A DNA stretch of 64,000 nucleotides from a virus. The position numbers were made by a program, and so were the translations under genes. Of this stretch, positions 18,471 to 30,161 are shown piece after piece (positions within the stretch are counted from its first letter, which is position 1; every line of letters begins with the position of its first letter). The stretch covers positions 1 through 64,000 of the IMG/VR virus record IMGVR_UViG_3300035183_001163. One strand, 5' to 3'. Under the pieces are notes generated by a model, which had not been told where the DNA came from, searched no databases, and worked only from the letters and a program-made list of their open reading frames with translations.

Positions 18471-18797
18471 ATGAGCACCCCCAAGAAGACCCACGACCCC
18501 GCCCAGCCCGGCTACTCGGGCGCCACGCCCGTCGCGCTCTCAGGAGCATCCATCCCCGAGGCCGCGAGCAGCGAGGCGCGCCCCAAGCAGCGGCGCGGCT
18601 TCGCGTGCATCGACCCCGAGCGCCGCCGCGAGATTGCTCGCAAGGGCGGACGTGCCGCGCACGCCGCCGGCACCGCCCACCAGTTCACGAGCGACGAGGC
18701 GCGCGCGGCCGGCAAGAAGGGCGGGACCGCCCCGCACGTCCGGCGCGGACGCGGTCCCGGCGACAAGCCCGCCGCGAACACGGAGACGGCCCAGTGA
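18471..18797 (+). CDS. KGG-motif general stress protein (YciG/GsiB/Con-10-like)
   Basis: RGFACIDPERRREIARKGG..HQFTSDEARAAGKKGG. Confidence 0.85.
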   Translation: MSTPKKTHDPAQPGYSGATPVALSGASIPEAASSEARPKQRRGFACIDPERRREIARKGGRAAHAAGTAHQFTSDEARAAGKKGGTAPHVRRGRGPGDKPAANTETAQ

Positions 18798-19840
18798 AGC
18801 GCGTCGCCAAGAAGGACCTCCCGCCGCTCCCGCGCGCGGTCTGGTTCCTCCGGTGTCGCGGGGGAATCCTGATGCTGACGCCGTTCTTCACGCGGAAGGA
18901 AGCCCGCGCGAAGGCGCGCAAGGGCGAGACCCCGGTGGGGCCGTTCGTCCTCGCGGAGCGCCGCGGGCAGGAGTGACCGACAATGGGATACCCCACGCCT
19001 GACTTCTGCCAGTTCGTCTGGTGCTTCGCGTTCCTCACGGCCGTGAAGCGCCTCGACGTCGGCCAGGCGTGGGCTGTCGCCGACGAGCAGCGCGCGCGGT
19101 ACCATGAGCGCGTGACGCGCGGCCAGCTACGGGAGCGGAGCGACGTCAAGAAACGGAAGAAGGCGAAGTGAGCACGTTTCGTCCCCCGCCCCAGTGCCCG
19201 CCCGACTCCGAACCGACGCTCCCGAGCACCCCGTCCCCGGCGCTCCCCTACCGCGCCGCCGTCCCGGTGCTCGACGCGGAGCCTGACCCCTTCCCGCCGC
19301 CCCATCGGTATACGTCGACGGCGTGCGTCCACGGGGAGCACGCGGCCTGTCGCGGGACGTGTAAGTTCTGCGCCGATGCGTGCCGGTGCCCCTGCCACGT
19401 CGCTCCGACGGTGCCGTGATGAATCACCCGAGCGAGAGCGGAGAGCCCTTCTGCCGGTCGGCGTGGAAGCCGGTTCAGTCGTCCGGGATGCGTCCGGGCT
19501 ATGACTGCCGTTGCTCGGGCTGCATGCAGTCCCTCGGGCAGGCGATGGACCCCGCGGTGCTCCGCGAGATGGCGCGCCAGGCGAGGTCCGCGTGAGCCTC
19601 AAGACGACCTGCGAGTGTTCGCACGACCGTGACACCCACTTCAAGAACCTCTCGACGGGCAAGCGCGAGAGCTGCCTGGCGCGGGACTGCGGCTGCGTGG
19701 AGTACATCCCGGCCGCCGACCCGTCGCGCCCGAAGGGGTGCCCGCCTAAGCCGGAGCCCAGCGCGTCCAGCTTCATCGCGTACGTGGACGACGACGAGGA
19801 CAACCCGCACTGGTGGGAGGAGATGTATGGGGCCGACTAA
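18794..19840 (+). CDS. Run of five small hypothetical genes (18794-18976, 18983-19171, 19168-19419, 19419-19595, 19592-19840), several Cys-rich
   Basis: Tiled ORFs with overlapping start/stop codons; CRGTCKFC..CRCPCH, YDCRCSGC, CECSH..CGC. Confidence 0.5.
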
Positions 19841-20162
19841 GAAGCCCGACCCGAAGACGCCGCTGACGGAGACGCTCGACGACTGGACATTCAAGTACGA
19901 GCTGACGCCGGCGGAGCGCGAGGTCCTCTTCGCGACCGCGACGGGCTCCGCCACGCACGCGGAGCTGGCGCGGATGCGCGAGACGACCCCGGACACCGTC
20001 AAGGCCCAGTCCTCGGACGTGTGCAAGAAGGTCGGCGCGCGCTCCCTGCTCGACGCGTCGCTCCGCCTCTTCCGGGAGGCGTACGCGCTCGCGGAGAGCG
20101 ACCGCGAGATGCGGGACGCGAAGCGGGAGAAGCTCGGGGAAGACGAGGACGACCATGGCTGA
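19827..20162 (+). CDS. LuxR-type HTH transcriptional regulator
   Basis: LTPAEREVL..ATG..ELARMR..TVKAQ..VCKKVGARS. Confidence 0.75.
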   Translation: MGPTKKPDPKTPLTETLDDWTFKYELTPAEREVLFATATGSATHAELARMRETTPDTVKAQSSDVCKKVGARSLLDASLRLFREAYALAESDREMRDAKREKLGEDEDDHG

Positions 20163-20526
20163 GCCGAAGACGCGCGAGGAGTACGACACCGCCTACAGGG
20201 CGAACACGAAGGTCTCGGGGTTCGGGCTCGGTACGAGCGTCCACTACCCCTGTCCGTTCTGCGCCGCGCCCGATTGGGTCGTGACGCGCATCCTCGACAT
20301 GGAGCAGACCTTCCAGCGCCCGCACGCGTGCTCGACGTGTAGCCGCGCCGCTCGCCTCGTCATCAAGCGCCCCGCGCCCGCCGACGCCATCACGTTCCAC
20401 CTCGTCCAGACCGCTGGCCCCGACCCCGCGCCGTACCTCGCCGGGCTCTGCGTCCGGGAGGGCGACGGGAAGCAGGCGCCGGTCATCGGCGCTCTCGCGA
20501 AGCCGGAGCGCCCGCGCGGGAACTAG
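20155..20526 (+). CDS. Zinc-ribbon hypothetical protein
   Basis: CPFC..CSTC. Confidence 0.6.
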   Translation: MAEPKTREEYDTAYRANTKVSGFGLGTSVHYPCPFCAAPDWVVTRILDMEQTFQRPHACSTCSRAARLVIKRPAPADAITFHLVQTAGPDPAPYLAGLCVREGDGKQAPVIGALAKPERPRGN

Positions 20527-20551
20527 GTGCCCGGCCCGGGAAGAACCGGGT

Positions 20552-20880
20552 ATGGGTATCTCCGCCGAAGACTTCCCCCGCGAGCACCGCGGCGCCACGC
20601 TGCTCGACGCCCGCGAGACGCACGATGGCTTCGCGGCCCGCTACCGTCTCCCCGACGGCGAAACGTTTCCCGTCCGCATCCCGCGCGACCTCGCCCCGTG
20701 CTTCACGCGCGGGGACATGCTCTGCACCCTGGACGCGTTCCTCGACGCCGCGGAGCGGACGCTATGAAGCCGGACGTCTGGCAGCTCCGCGGCTCGCGCT
20801 CGATGGGCGAGGGCGTGCTGGCCGACGGGCTCAGCGAGGGCGGCTGGGTCCAGCTCGCGCGCGCGTACCGGGGCCGATGA
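20552..20880 (+). CDS. Two small hypothetical genes (20552-20767, 20764-20880)
   Basis: Tiled with ATGA overlaps. Confidence 0.45.
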
Positions 20881-22525
20881 GCACGTCCTCGCCCGCCGGT
20901 CGCCTCGAAGCGCTCGCGGAGAGGGCCGTCCTCTCCGTCGCCACCCACGGCCACGTCGGGGAGCGCGCGCTGTTCGCGGCCATCATGGGCGCGGAGCTAG
21001 GCCCGGACGAAGACGAGGCGCGCGCGGTCGTCACGTTCGCGGTGCTCCGCGGCTTCATCGAGCCGGTGGAGGTCGAGCGCGTCGTCCCGACACCGAAGGG
21101 CTCGTGGCGCATCACGCTGCTCCAGTACCGGCTCACGAAGAACGAGGAGCGGCTCCGCGAGGCGTTCGGTGTCATCGGGCGGCCGCGGTGAGCGACGACT
21201 TCGACGACATCGTGTGGTGCGTCGTCACCGTCGTCCGGAAGAACGGCGGCCGCATCGGGCTCACCGCGGACGAGGTCCTCGCGGGGTGGGAGCGGGTCAC
21301 CGCCGGCTCGCGCCCGAAGCCCGACCGCGAGACGGTGAAGGCCGCCGCGGTCGTCGCTGTCGAGCAGGGCGACCTTCGCTGGAGCGCGGTGAGCGCTCCG
21401 GACGGCGAGCCGCGCGCCTTCCACCCCCACGCGGCGCTCCTCCGGGGCTACCCGTGAACCCGTTGGTCCTGGAGGAGATGGCGTGGACGGTGGCGATGAC
21501 CGTCGCGCGGAGCGGCGTCATCATCGATGATGGGCTGGAGCTGAGGCTCACGCCGCTGCTCCCGCGCGGAGAGGACCGGCGCGCCGCCGTCGCGCTCGCG
21601 CTGCTCCGCGGCTGGATAGCGCTGGAGGACTACGGCCACCGGACGTACGGGCGGGACTTCTACGTCGTCGGGGACCGCTTCCATCGCGACAAGCGCGCGC
21701 GGTACGAGAAGCTCCACGGAATCGGCACCTACCCGCGGGAAGATTGGGAGGATGGGTATCGTCGCTCCCGCTGAGTTCCATCCCGGACGCGAGCAGCTCC
21801 GGGAGGGCTACGACCCCGCCGACTTCCCGCGCGACTTCGCCGCGGACGAGAAGGCGCTCCGGACCATGTACCCCGGCAAGCCTCCGAAGCTCGGGGACAT
21901 CCACCGCTGGCTCGACGGACGCGACCGCACGGAGTCCCGCGGCCGTGCCGCTCTCATCCGGCGGGCTGGCGTATGACCATCGACCACGCGGAGCTGCGCT
22001 TCAACGAGCGCGCCAACTACCTCTACAGCGCGTGCGTCGACCTGCTCCGCCGCCACGGCATCGGCGTCGAGATGACCGTGCCGAAGGTGCTCGCGCTGCT
22101 CCCATCGCTCGGGCGCTTCTACCCCGGCTTCGCGCCGCCGTCAGTGGACGAGGTCCGGGCGGCGCTCGTCGTCGCGACGGAGCGCGGAGAGCTGGAGTGG
22201 ACCGTCGGCGCGGACGGTGAGCAGCGCGTGCGCCTCTCGCGTGAGCGGGCGTACGGCGGCAGCCCGGTGTACGACTATGACGACTGAGATGACCTGCACC
22301 CAGCGGACAGCGTGCGGTCATCTCTGCGGCCGCCCGCACCACGCGACGATGCGGTGGCCCGGCGCGGAGCCGCTCCCCATCTGCTACGCGCACGCCATCC
22401 GCGGGGCGGGCATCGCGGAGCACCTCGGCTTCACGCTCGACCTCCAGTGGACGCCGGAGGGCGACGAATACCGGCGCGCGCTCGACGCCATCGAGCGCCT
22501 CAAGAATGAGGCGTTGGAGCGGTAA
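20877..22525 (+). CDS. Six small genes (20877-21191, 21188-21457, 21454-21774, 21752-21976, 21973-22287, 22277-22525); four look winged-helix-like
   Basis: Tiled ORFs; AVLRGFIE, AVEQGDL, LLRGWI, ATERGEL helix-Gly-strand motifs. Confidence 0.55.
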
Positions 22526-22943
22526 GAGAACGCTCGTGAACCAGAAGCCGCCCCGCGTCTCGCGCGCCGTCGCGAGCCTCATCCATCTGCTCTCGTCCCA
22601 CCGAACGTCGCCCTGGTACCAGTTCCAGCGCGTGAAGCGCGGTCGGGTGAACCACCGGCCGGCCTGGGCGCAGGGCCTCGGCGGCCGCTCCGGCGTGTAC
22701 GAGATTCCCGAGTGGGACTTCAAGCGCGCGCTCTCGCTCGGGGTCGTCGAGGCCATCGGCGCGACCGCGAATGAGGTCGAGCAGCTCCCCGTGGGCACGC
22801 GCATCAAGGTCCGCGTGACCGACCTCGGGCGCGCCGCGCTCGTCGTCGCGGACGCGCGCGAGCAGCGCACGCCGCAACCGGGCATCGTCGCGGGCGTGCC
22901 TTTCGGGCCGCTGCCGCGGTACATCGCGCCGGGGTCGACGTGA
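22506..22943 (+). CDS. Winged-helix-like hypothetical protein
   Basis: ALSLGVVE..VRVTDLGRAAL. Confidence 0.55.
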   Translation: MRRWSGKRTLVNQKPPRVSRAVASLIHLLSSHRTSPWYQFQRVKRGRVNHRPAWAQGLGGRSGVYEIPEWDFKRALSLGVVEAIGATANEVEQLPVGTRIKVRVTDLGRAALVVADAREQRTPQPGIVAGVPFGPLPRYIAPGST

Positions 22944-23461
22944 GCCGGCGTCGCGTCCAGCAGCGCTCGAAGGCGTCGCCACTCCACGACTATCGCCGGA
23001 CGTGGCCCATCGACCGCGTCGCGCGGAACATGACCCCGACGATGTGGAAGGAGCTGGAGTTCATCGCGGAGGGCGAAGACGGTCGGAGGAACGCCGACCG
23101 CTACCGCGTGAGCTGGGGCACCGTCACGAGCCTCGAACGGCGCGCGCTCGTGGAGACGGTGCGCGACTTCCGCTCTGAGGGCGACCTCGGCCCGCTCGTC
23201 TCGGTGACCATCACGGAGCGCGGCCGCGCGTGCTTGTCCATCAAGGGCCTGACCTTCCCGAGCTGGTGGAAGGTCCCCGAAGACGCGAGGGCCACGCTCA
23301 TCTCCGGAGTCGGTGGGGGAGGCGGTGGCGGCGCGTCGAACATGCTCGTCTTCCCTCCGGGGCCGTCGCCGACCACCGCGCATATCCCGGTCACGCCCGG
23401 TCAGCAGCTCGACATTACGATTGGCCGCGGCGGCGCGGGAAGAAAGCGGCGTGGGAAGTAG
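22940..23461 (+). CDS. Winged-helix-like protein with C-terminal glycine-rich fragment
   Basis: SLERRALVE..TITERGRACL; WKVP..GGGGGGG..VTPGQ..TIGRGGAG. Confidence 0.6.
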   Translation: MSRRRVQQRSKASPLHDYRRTWPIDRVARNMTPTMWKELEFIAEGEDGRRNADRYRVSWGTVTSLERRALVETVRDFRSEGDLGPLVSVTITERGRACLSIKGLTFPSWWKVPEDARATLISGVGGGGGGGASNMLVFPPGPSPTTAHIPVTPGQQLDITIGRGGAGRKRRGK

Positions 23462-23807
23462 GGTTCCGGTCCCGAAGCTGACGCGCGCGGAGGGCTACGC
23501 GCTCGAATCGCTCGAATCGACCGCGCGCGAGGTCGGCGACACCGCGTTCCATCTCTGCCGCGCCGCCGACCGCTCCGTGTACTACCGGAGGAACGGCGGC
23601 CATGTCGAGGCAGAGTACGTCGACGGCTTCATCCGGCGCGCGATGGTCGCGCTCCACGAACACCGCGTGTTCCAAGACGGCGTGGAGCTGGACCATCCGT
23701 TCTACCGCGTGGAGCTGCTCCCTCGGGGTGCGGCCGCGCTGCTAGTCTGGCAAGAGGGAGGCCGGTCCCCGCGACACGGCCGCCGACGACCGAGGAGGGC
23801 AGGATGA
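23451..23807 (+). CDS. Winged-helix-like hypothetical protein
   Basis: KLTRAE..ALHEHRVF..ELLPRGAAAL. Confidence 0.5.
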   Translation: MGSRVPVPKLTRAEGYALESLESTAREVGDTAFHLCRAADRSVYYRRNGGHVEAEYVDGFIRRAMVALHEHRVFQDGVELDHPFYRVELLPRGAAALLVWQEGGRSPRHGRRRPRRAG

Positions 23808-24250
23808 CCGGGGCGGAGTGGCGACGGGTACGGCGCGGCGAGCAGCTCTCCCACCCGCTCGCGTCGCGCGACATCGCGGAGACCCACGCCGACCTCTCCG
23901 TGCCGCTCGTCAACGTGCTCAAGGCCATCGCGAGGCGCGTCGACTCCGGCGTCCCCGTCGACGGGTACCGGCTCGCCGCGATGGTCGTGCCGCAGGCTGC
24001 GACGCACAACGTCCAGCTCCAGCAGGTCGAGGCGCTCTGGAAGCGCGGCCTCCTCGACGTCCGGTGGGCGCGCGTCCCGAAGAACGCCCCGATGACCGTC
24101 CGCGTCGCCGGCGTCGAGGTGACGGAGCGCGGGCGCGCGGTGCTCGCCGTCGAGCGGCTCCTGTACCCTGATGGCCGCCCGACGCCCGAACAGCACGTGG
24201 TCTCGCGGGCGTGGCTCGCGTCGGCCAACTTCGGGACGCCGGGGCCGTGA
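23804..24250 (+). CDS. Winged-helix-like hypothetical protein
   Basis: ALWKRGLLD..EVTERGRAVL. Confidence 0.6.
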   Translation: MTGAEWRRVRRGEQLSHPLASRDIAETHADLSVPLVNVLKAIARRVDSGVPVDGYRLAAMVVPQAATHNVQLQQVEALWKRGLLDVRWARVPKNAPMTVRVAGVEVTERGRAVLAVERLLYPDGRPTPEQHVVSRAWLASANFGTPGP

Positions 24251-24518
24251 AGCAGCAGGCGGCGCCCGCGTCGAGCCGCTACCCCGGCGTGGTCTTCGAC
24301 CTCCGCCAGAAGCGGCGCCCTCGCGCGCGTCGGAACGGGCACGACCGGGGCCGCCATCCGACGGCTCCGGCGGCTGGGCACTCGCGTCACCGACGAAGAA
24401 TGGCTGCGGCTCTGCGCGGCGCTCGCGTCCCTAGTCGACCTTGCCGACGGGAAGAGTCGAGCAGAGCTGGATGCCCAGGTTCGGGACTTCCTCCAGCAGC
24501 TCGGGAGCGACGACGACG

Positions 24519-25999
24519 ATGCCCCATAACCCCGCGTTCGATGACGACATCTCAGAGGTCGTGAAGGAGGCCACCGACTCCGTTGACCGGAGCACGGCGC
24601 GCATGCTCCGAACGGTGTCGCATCTCGCGCGCTCCGTGTACGGCACCATCGCGACGTGCGAGCATCGGACGCCGTTGCCCATCCGCGCGCTCCAGGCGCG
24701 CATCTGCGTGCTCGATGACGAGCTGCGGGCGGCGCTCGTGGAGCTGCACACCTACGGGCTCGTGTCGTTCCGCGACAACGACACGGTGGACCGCTACGGC
24801 GCGTGGGCCGCGGAGGTCTCGCGCGTGCTCGGCGGCGAGCAGGGCGGCCCCGAGTGGCCGTGGTGGCGACTCCCGCTCAAGTACATCCTCGTCTCCTCGT
24901 CGTCGGAGCTGGCGTGAGCGTCGACCCGGCGGACATCTTCCCCGGCCGCGCGCCGAAGACGGAGGCCGGCCCGCGCATCACGCGCGACGTGCCGAAGCTC
25001 GGGAAGGTCCGGACGCCGTTCCTGGACATGGTGCTCTCGTGGGCCGCGGCGGGCGGCGAGCACGCAGAGACGCGCGCGAAGGCCATCGCCGCCGTCATCG
25101 CGCTCGCGCGGGACCGGCAAGACGTCGAGCCGCGCGTGGACCACTTCATCAACGAATACGACGGACCCTAGGGAAGAACCCGAGCATGGGAACGGACGAG
25201 CTGCGGGAGAACGCAGTATGGGACATCGCGACGGCGGAGCGCGAGGGACGGCTGGAGGCGTGGGCGAAGACGCTCACCGACGACGCGCGGCTGGTGCTCC
25301 GGCTCTTACCGTTCGGCGGGCACGTCCGCGTGCTCAAGGAGGCGGAAGAGGCCGAAGCGCGAGCAGCGGCCCAGCCCGGCGGCCTCGGCGCAAACGGCGG
25401 CCTGGTCATCGGCGGCTCCGGCCTCGGCTCGCTCTTCGGCCCGATGCCCGACGACGCGGTGGAGCCGCTCACCGTCCGCGAAGACCAGCTCACGCAGTTC
25501 TTCCGCGCGAGCGGGTGCGGGCGGCTGGAGTCGAAGTCCAAGAGCGCCGGCGCGCTCGCGGAGCTGATGCTGCGCGGGCTCGTCCGCTCCTTCCAGGACG
25601 ACGGGGAGCTGGCGCGCTACGCGCTCACCGTCGAGGGCGCCCGCATCAAGGCCGTGCTCTTCCCGGATGGCTAGTCGCGCCGCGCGCGTCTACGCGGAGC
25701 AGGGACGCGGCGTCCTCGCCGGGGACCACATTGACCTCCTCACGAGTGTGCTCGAATCGCTGGAGCCGTGGGAGCGGCGAACGCTCGACGCGGTCGCGGC
25801 GTCGAGCGGCTTCGCGCCGGTGACCGAGGAGGAACGGGCCGGCGTCGTCGCGTTGCTCGCGCGCGGGCTCATCCGGCCGCTCGGGCTCGTCCCGGAGGTG
25901 TACGGGGTCTCGGGCGATGGCCGCCTGGCGTTGTCGACCGAGGCTTTCCGCAAGAAAACCGCCCGATTGCAACAATCGGAGAAAAAAGAGACTCGGTAG
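24519..25999 (+). CDS. Four hypothetical genes (24519-24917, 24914-25171, 25186-25674, 25667-25999); three winged-helix-like
   Basis: ALVELHTYGLV; ALAELMLRGLV..YALTVEG; ALLARGLI. Confidence 0.55.
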
Positions 26000-26071
26000 A
26001 CTTGCAAGAGTACGAAGCCGGCCGTAAGCTCTCTTTACCGGCGCAACGACGCCGCCAAGGAGAAGACGACG
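25981..26071 (+). promoter_or_regulatory. Sigma70-type promoter cassette, copy 1
   Basis: A-tract, TTGCAA (26002-26007), 17 bp, TAAGCT (26025-26030), small hairpin, AAGGAG, ATG 26072. Confidence 0.8.
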
Positions 26072-27157
26072 ATGACGAAGGCCCAGGCAGAGAAGCTCGT
26101 GAAGATGCTCGAAACGTCGAAGGGCGTCCCCGACCACGTGGTGGCGTTCGTGGACGACGAGGGCGAGAACATCGTGTTCGCCTCCGACCTCACCGGCTCG
26201 CACTCGCTCTCGCTCGCCGTCTCCGACCGCGCCCGCGTGCTCGCGCACTGGGCCGGCTTCGTCGCCAACAACGTCGCGCGGGTGTCGCAGTGAGCGCGCG
26301 CGAGCGAGCCCGCGACTTCATCGCGGAGAACATCGACTGGAACGCGGACGCCGCGACGGAGCTGGAGCAGCTCGCGGAGGCGCTCCTCGCGTTCCAGGAG
26401 CGCATCGAGAAGGTGGCCGACGGCGTCGTCCCCGCGTCGTACAGCGCGCGCGTCTCCCGCGCCGCGGCGTCGCTCGCGGTGGCGCGTCGCGCGCTCGCCG
26501 ACGTCTCCAACGACATCCGCGCCTCCGCGGACGAGGACGACTCGTGACCGCACCGCTCATCCTCCGGGACCTCCTCGACGTCTCGCGGGCGATGGCCGAG
26601 GTCCACGCGCTCCGCGCGGCCGGGCGCGCCGACTCCGCCGACCGGCTGGAGCAGCGCATCCGCGCCGCGTGGGCGGAGACCCAGCGCAAGCGCCGCGGAG
26701 CAGCGCTCGCGCGTCGCCGGCGCGCCGCATGAAGCCGCTCCCGCAGCTCCGCGCGCTCGGGCTCTCCCCGGAGCAGGCCCGAGCCGCGACGTCGGCGGCC
26801 GCCACCGCGCTCTCCGCGGCTGGCGAAGCCGCCGCTGCGCGTGTGCTCGACGCGGTCGTGAGTCGGCGCGTCGTCTGGCGCGCGGACATCCGCGACGTCG
26901 TGGCCGACCCCGAGTGGCAGGCGCTCCGCGCGAGCTTCCTCGGGACGTGGAAGCGGACGCCGGCGGAGAACGTGCGCGTCCTCCGCGCGTACGTCGGCCC
27001 GATGACCGACTCTGCGCGCGTTCGTCGCGTGCTCAACTACCTCACCGGCTCCGGCTTCCGCCACGGAGCCATCCGACACCCCGACATCGACGCGCTCCTG
27101 TACGAGGTGCGCGAAGCCGCCGACCGGCTCCGGGAAGAGGAGCGCCGGCATGGGTGA
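26072..27157 (+). CDS. Four small putative early genes (26072-26293, 26290-26547, 26544-26732, 26729-27157)
   Basis: Tiled ORFs directly downstream of the promoter cassette. Confidence 0.6.
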
Positions 27158-28771
27158 CCGGACGACGTTCACCGAGCGCAAGCGCGTGCTCGGGCTGCTC
27201 TCCGCCGACGCGCGAGCGCTGCTCCTCTCGCTGTACGAGCCGGGCGTCCGAGCGCGCGGCCTCGGCGAGATGTGCGTGTCGCTGGAGCCGACGCTCCCCG
27301 GCGTCCCCGTCGAGCCGAACGGACCCACCAGCGCGCCGTTCTTCCGCGGCTCGCGGACGACGCCGCGCCTCATCGACGAGGACCGCGCGCTCGCGGAGCG
27401 GATGAAGGCGTACGCGCGGAGCCTCCGCCCGACGAAGATGGCCCAGCGCTACGGCGAGGGCGGAGCGGTGCTCCCCGAGCTGGTCGAGCGCCCCGAGTGG
27501 GCCGCGGTCATCCAGCGCGTCCGCGCCGCGCTCGCGGAGCTGCTCACCCACGACGTCGTCCTCCAGCTTGAGGTCCGTTCCGGCCCCGAGCGGTGGACGC
27601 TCTCCGACAAGGGCCGGGACGTCGCGTTCTACCTGCGAGACGAGCGCCGCGATGACGACTGAGCTGCTACGCGACGCCTACGCGCGCCTCACGCCGGACG
27701 CCGCCGACATCCTTCGCGCGTGGAGTCTCCGCGGGCGTCGGACGCGCCACGGGCTCTCGACCTTCGACGTCTGGTTGGACGCGCGGCTCGCCGTCCAGCC
27801 CCACGAGGGCTTCCCGTACGGCGCGCTGCCGGCGAACGCGACGCCGCGAGAGCGCTGGGACGCCATTCACGCCCAGGTCCGCCCGCGCGTGCTCGCCGCG
27901 CTCGCGGTCCTCCAGACGCTCGACCTCGTCGTCCCCTGCTACCCCGGCTCGTGGACGGACCACTACGAACTCACCGACCTCGGCCACACCGTCGCGAGGA
28001 TGACGTGACGCCGGACGGCTCAGGCTTCGCGCTCATGCTGCTCCTTCACGGCGGGTGGCCGCTGACCGAGCAGCAGGCGCGCGACATCGTTCTCCGGTAC
28101 CTCATCGGCCCCGGCGTGCCCGTCGACGGCTCGCGCTTCTCCGTCGAGCGGATGCGCGCCGGACAGCGACACCGCATCATGCTCCGCAAGAAGCTCGGGG
28201 TTACCATGCTCACGGTCGGGGAGCTTCAGGAGCACGCGACGACGCTGACGCGCGCGGCGCTCGCGGAGCTGCTCCTCCTCGGCTACGCGACCGCGGAGGA
28301 ACACCGCTCTCGTCGCGAGCCCGACGCCTACGCACCCTGGTTCTTGTACAAGAAGACGGACGCCGGACGGCGCGCGACCGCGGACATCGGGCCGTCGGCG
28401 GCGCTCTCGCGGCGCATGGCGGAGGAGGGATGGCCGTGACGACCGAATTCGACCTGGACGTGGAGCAGCTCGTTCAAGTCGTGCGGACGACGAAGCACTG
28501 GCGACGGGTGTACGTGCGCGACCTGGCCGACTGGGCGCGGCGACACTCGCGCTCGACGGAGGCGAGCGCCGACCCGGAGGCGTATGCCCGCGCTCTCGTC
28601 GCGGCCGCGATGCTCTCCGGGCGCTTGCGACAGCGCGAGGACGGCTCGCTGGCGGCAACCCCTCACGACTCGATACGGCTGGCCATCGACCCCGCGGTCC
28701 CGAAGGACCACGTGTACGTGTACGACGCGGGGACGTTGGAGCGCGCGCTCGCCGGCGCGAAGTTCAAGTGA
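27150..28771 (+). CDS. Four winged-helix-like genes (27150-27662, 27652-28008, 28005-28439, 28430-28771)
   Basis: ALAELLTHDVV..WTLSDKGRDVA; ALAVLQTLDLV..YELTDLGHTVA; ALAELLLLGYA..YKKTDAGRRA; AMLSGRL. Confidence 0.6.
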
Positions 28772-28865
28772 CCGCGACGAAAAAGCGCGGCCCGCGACGA
28801 ACGGCCGCCCGCGGCCAAAAAGAGACGTCTCTGCCGGCCCCGTGGGCCGGTAAGAGGGGCGAAGA

Positions 28866-30161
28866 ATGGAAGAGACGACGAAGGAAGGACTGGCGGCCGT
28901 GGTTGACGCGCTCGTGTGGAGCGACGTGACCTACATCCCGATGATGCTGGAGGAGCTTCCCTGGGAGGGTCTCGCGGTCGCGCGCGTGCCCACGTTCGGG
29001 CTCCGCGCGTGGGCGCTCTCGCTCGCGACGGTGTTCGCCGACGTGCTCGGGCGCGCGTTCGTCGCGAGCGACATCGAGCTGTACGCGGCGTGGTGCTGTC
29101 GCCAGCCCGACCCCGGCGAGGCTGCTCGCGCGCTCGCGTGTATCGCGCTGCTCGCCCCGACCGGGGCCGCGGAGCTGGCGCTGGTCGAGCACGTCGGTGG
29201 CCGGGACGCGCTGCTCGCTCCGTACACGAGCAGCTTCACCCCGCTCGCGTTGCAGTGAAGGCGTGGGGGCGCGCGCCGAACACGGGCTGGCCGTCGAAGC
29301 TGCTCGACGGCCCGTGGCTCCAGCCGTCGGGCGAAGAGGCCGTCCTCTTCGCGTACATGACGTGGCTGCGCGACCACCAGCTCAACCAGTTCGCGCAAGT
29401 CGCGCCCCCGCACCGGCAACCGAAGGGCGCGCGCCGCCGCTACGCGCGCGAGCGCTCGCGCGTGCTCTTCGTCCCGCTTTGGCTCGTCGGCGTCATGAAG
29501 GCGGCGCTCGACCTGCCGCGGGACCGCGCGTACGGGAACCTCGGGACGCGCGTGCGCTCCGTCGGACACGTCATCCATCGGCTCCGGGCGCTTCGTCCGG
29601 GGCGGCAGCGCGTCGACCTCGCCCGCGCCGCCATCAGCATCATCGGAATGGGGGCGTACGGCGAGGGCGACCCGATGGGGAAGGCCGATGACTTCATCCG
29701 CGCGCTGCGAGGGGACACCGGAACGGATTATGTGGGAGATGACCCCACGAAGCTGGCTCGGGCCGACCGCGCCTCCGGTGGAGGCCGGTGCGGACCGTGG
29801 TTTGATACCCTGGAGGAGTGACGCTCTCGTCTGGGCCGCGGGCTTCATACCCGGCGGGGCCCGGCCGTGGTTCGTCGGGACGCACATCGAGAGCCGCGCG
29901 GCTCTCTGTCCGGCGTGGGTAATGGCGTGCGCCGAGGCGCTCTGGCGGACGGCTCCGGTAAACGCCACGGAGCGCGTGGTGCGGTGGGCGATGGGACAGC
30001 CCGACCCGCCGGTGGCTGCTCGCGCCGTCGTTGCGGCGTACCAGCTTCGGCTACCCGAGAAGTGGGACGCCGTCGATGCCCTTCGCCTTCTCGACGTACT
30101 CATGGCAGACTTGGGAGACGCGCAAGGCAACTGCGCTCCCAATGCGTCTCGTAAGCACTGA
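28866..30161 (+). CDS. Three hypothetical genes (28866-29258, 29255-29821, about 29688/29802-30161); P-x-W family
   Basis: FVPLWLVGV, LCPAWVMAC; start of the third gene uncertain. Confidence 0.5.
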
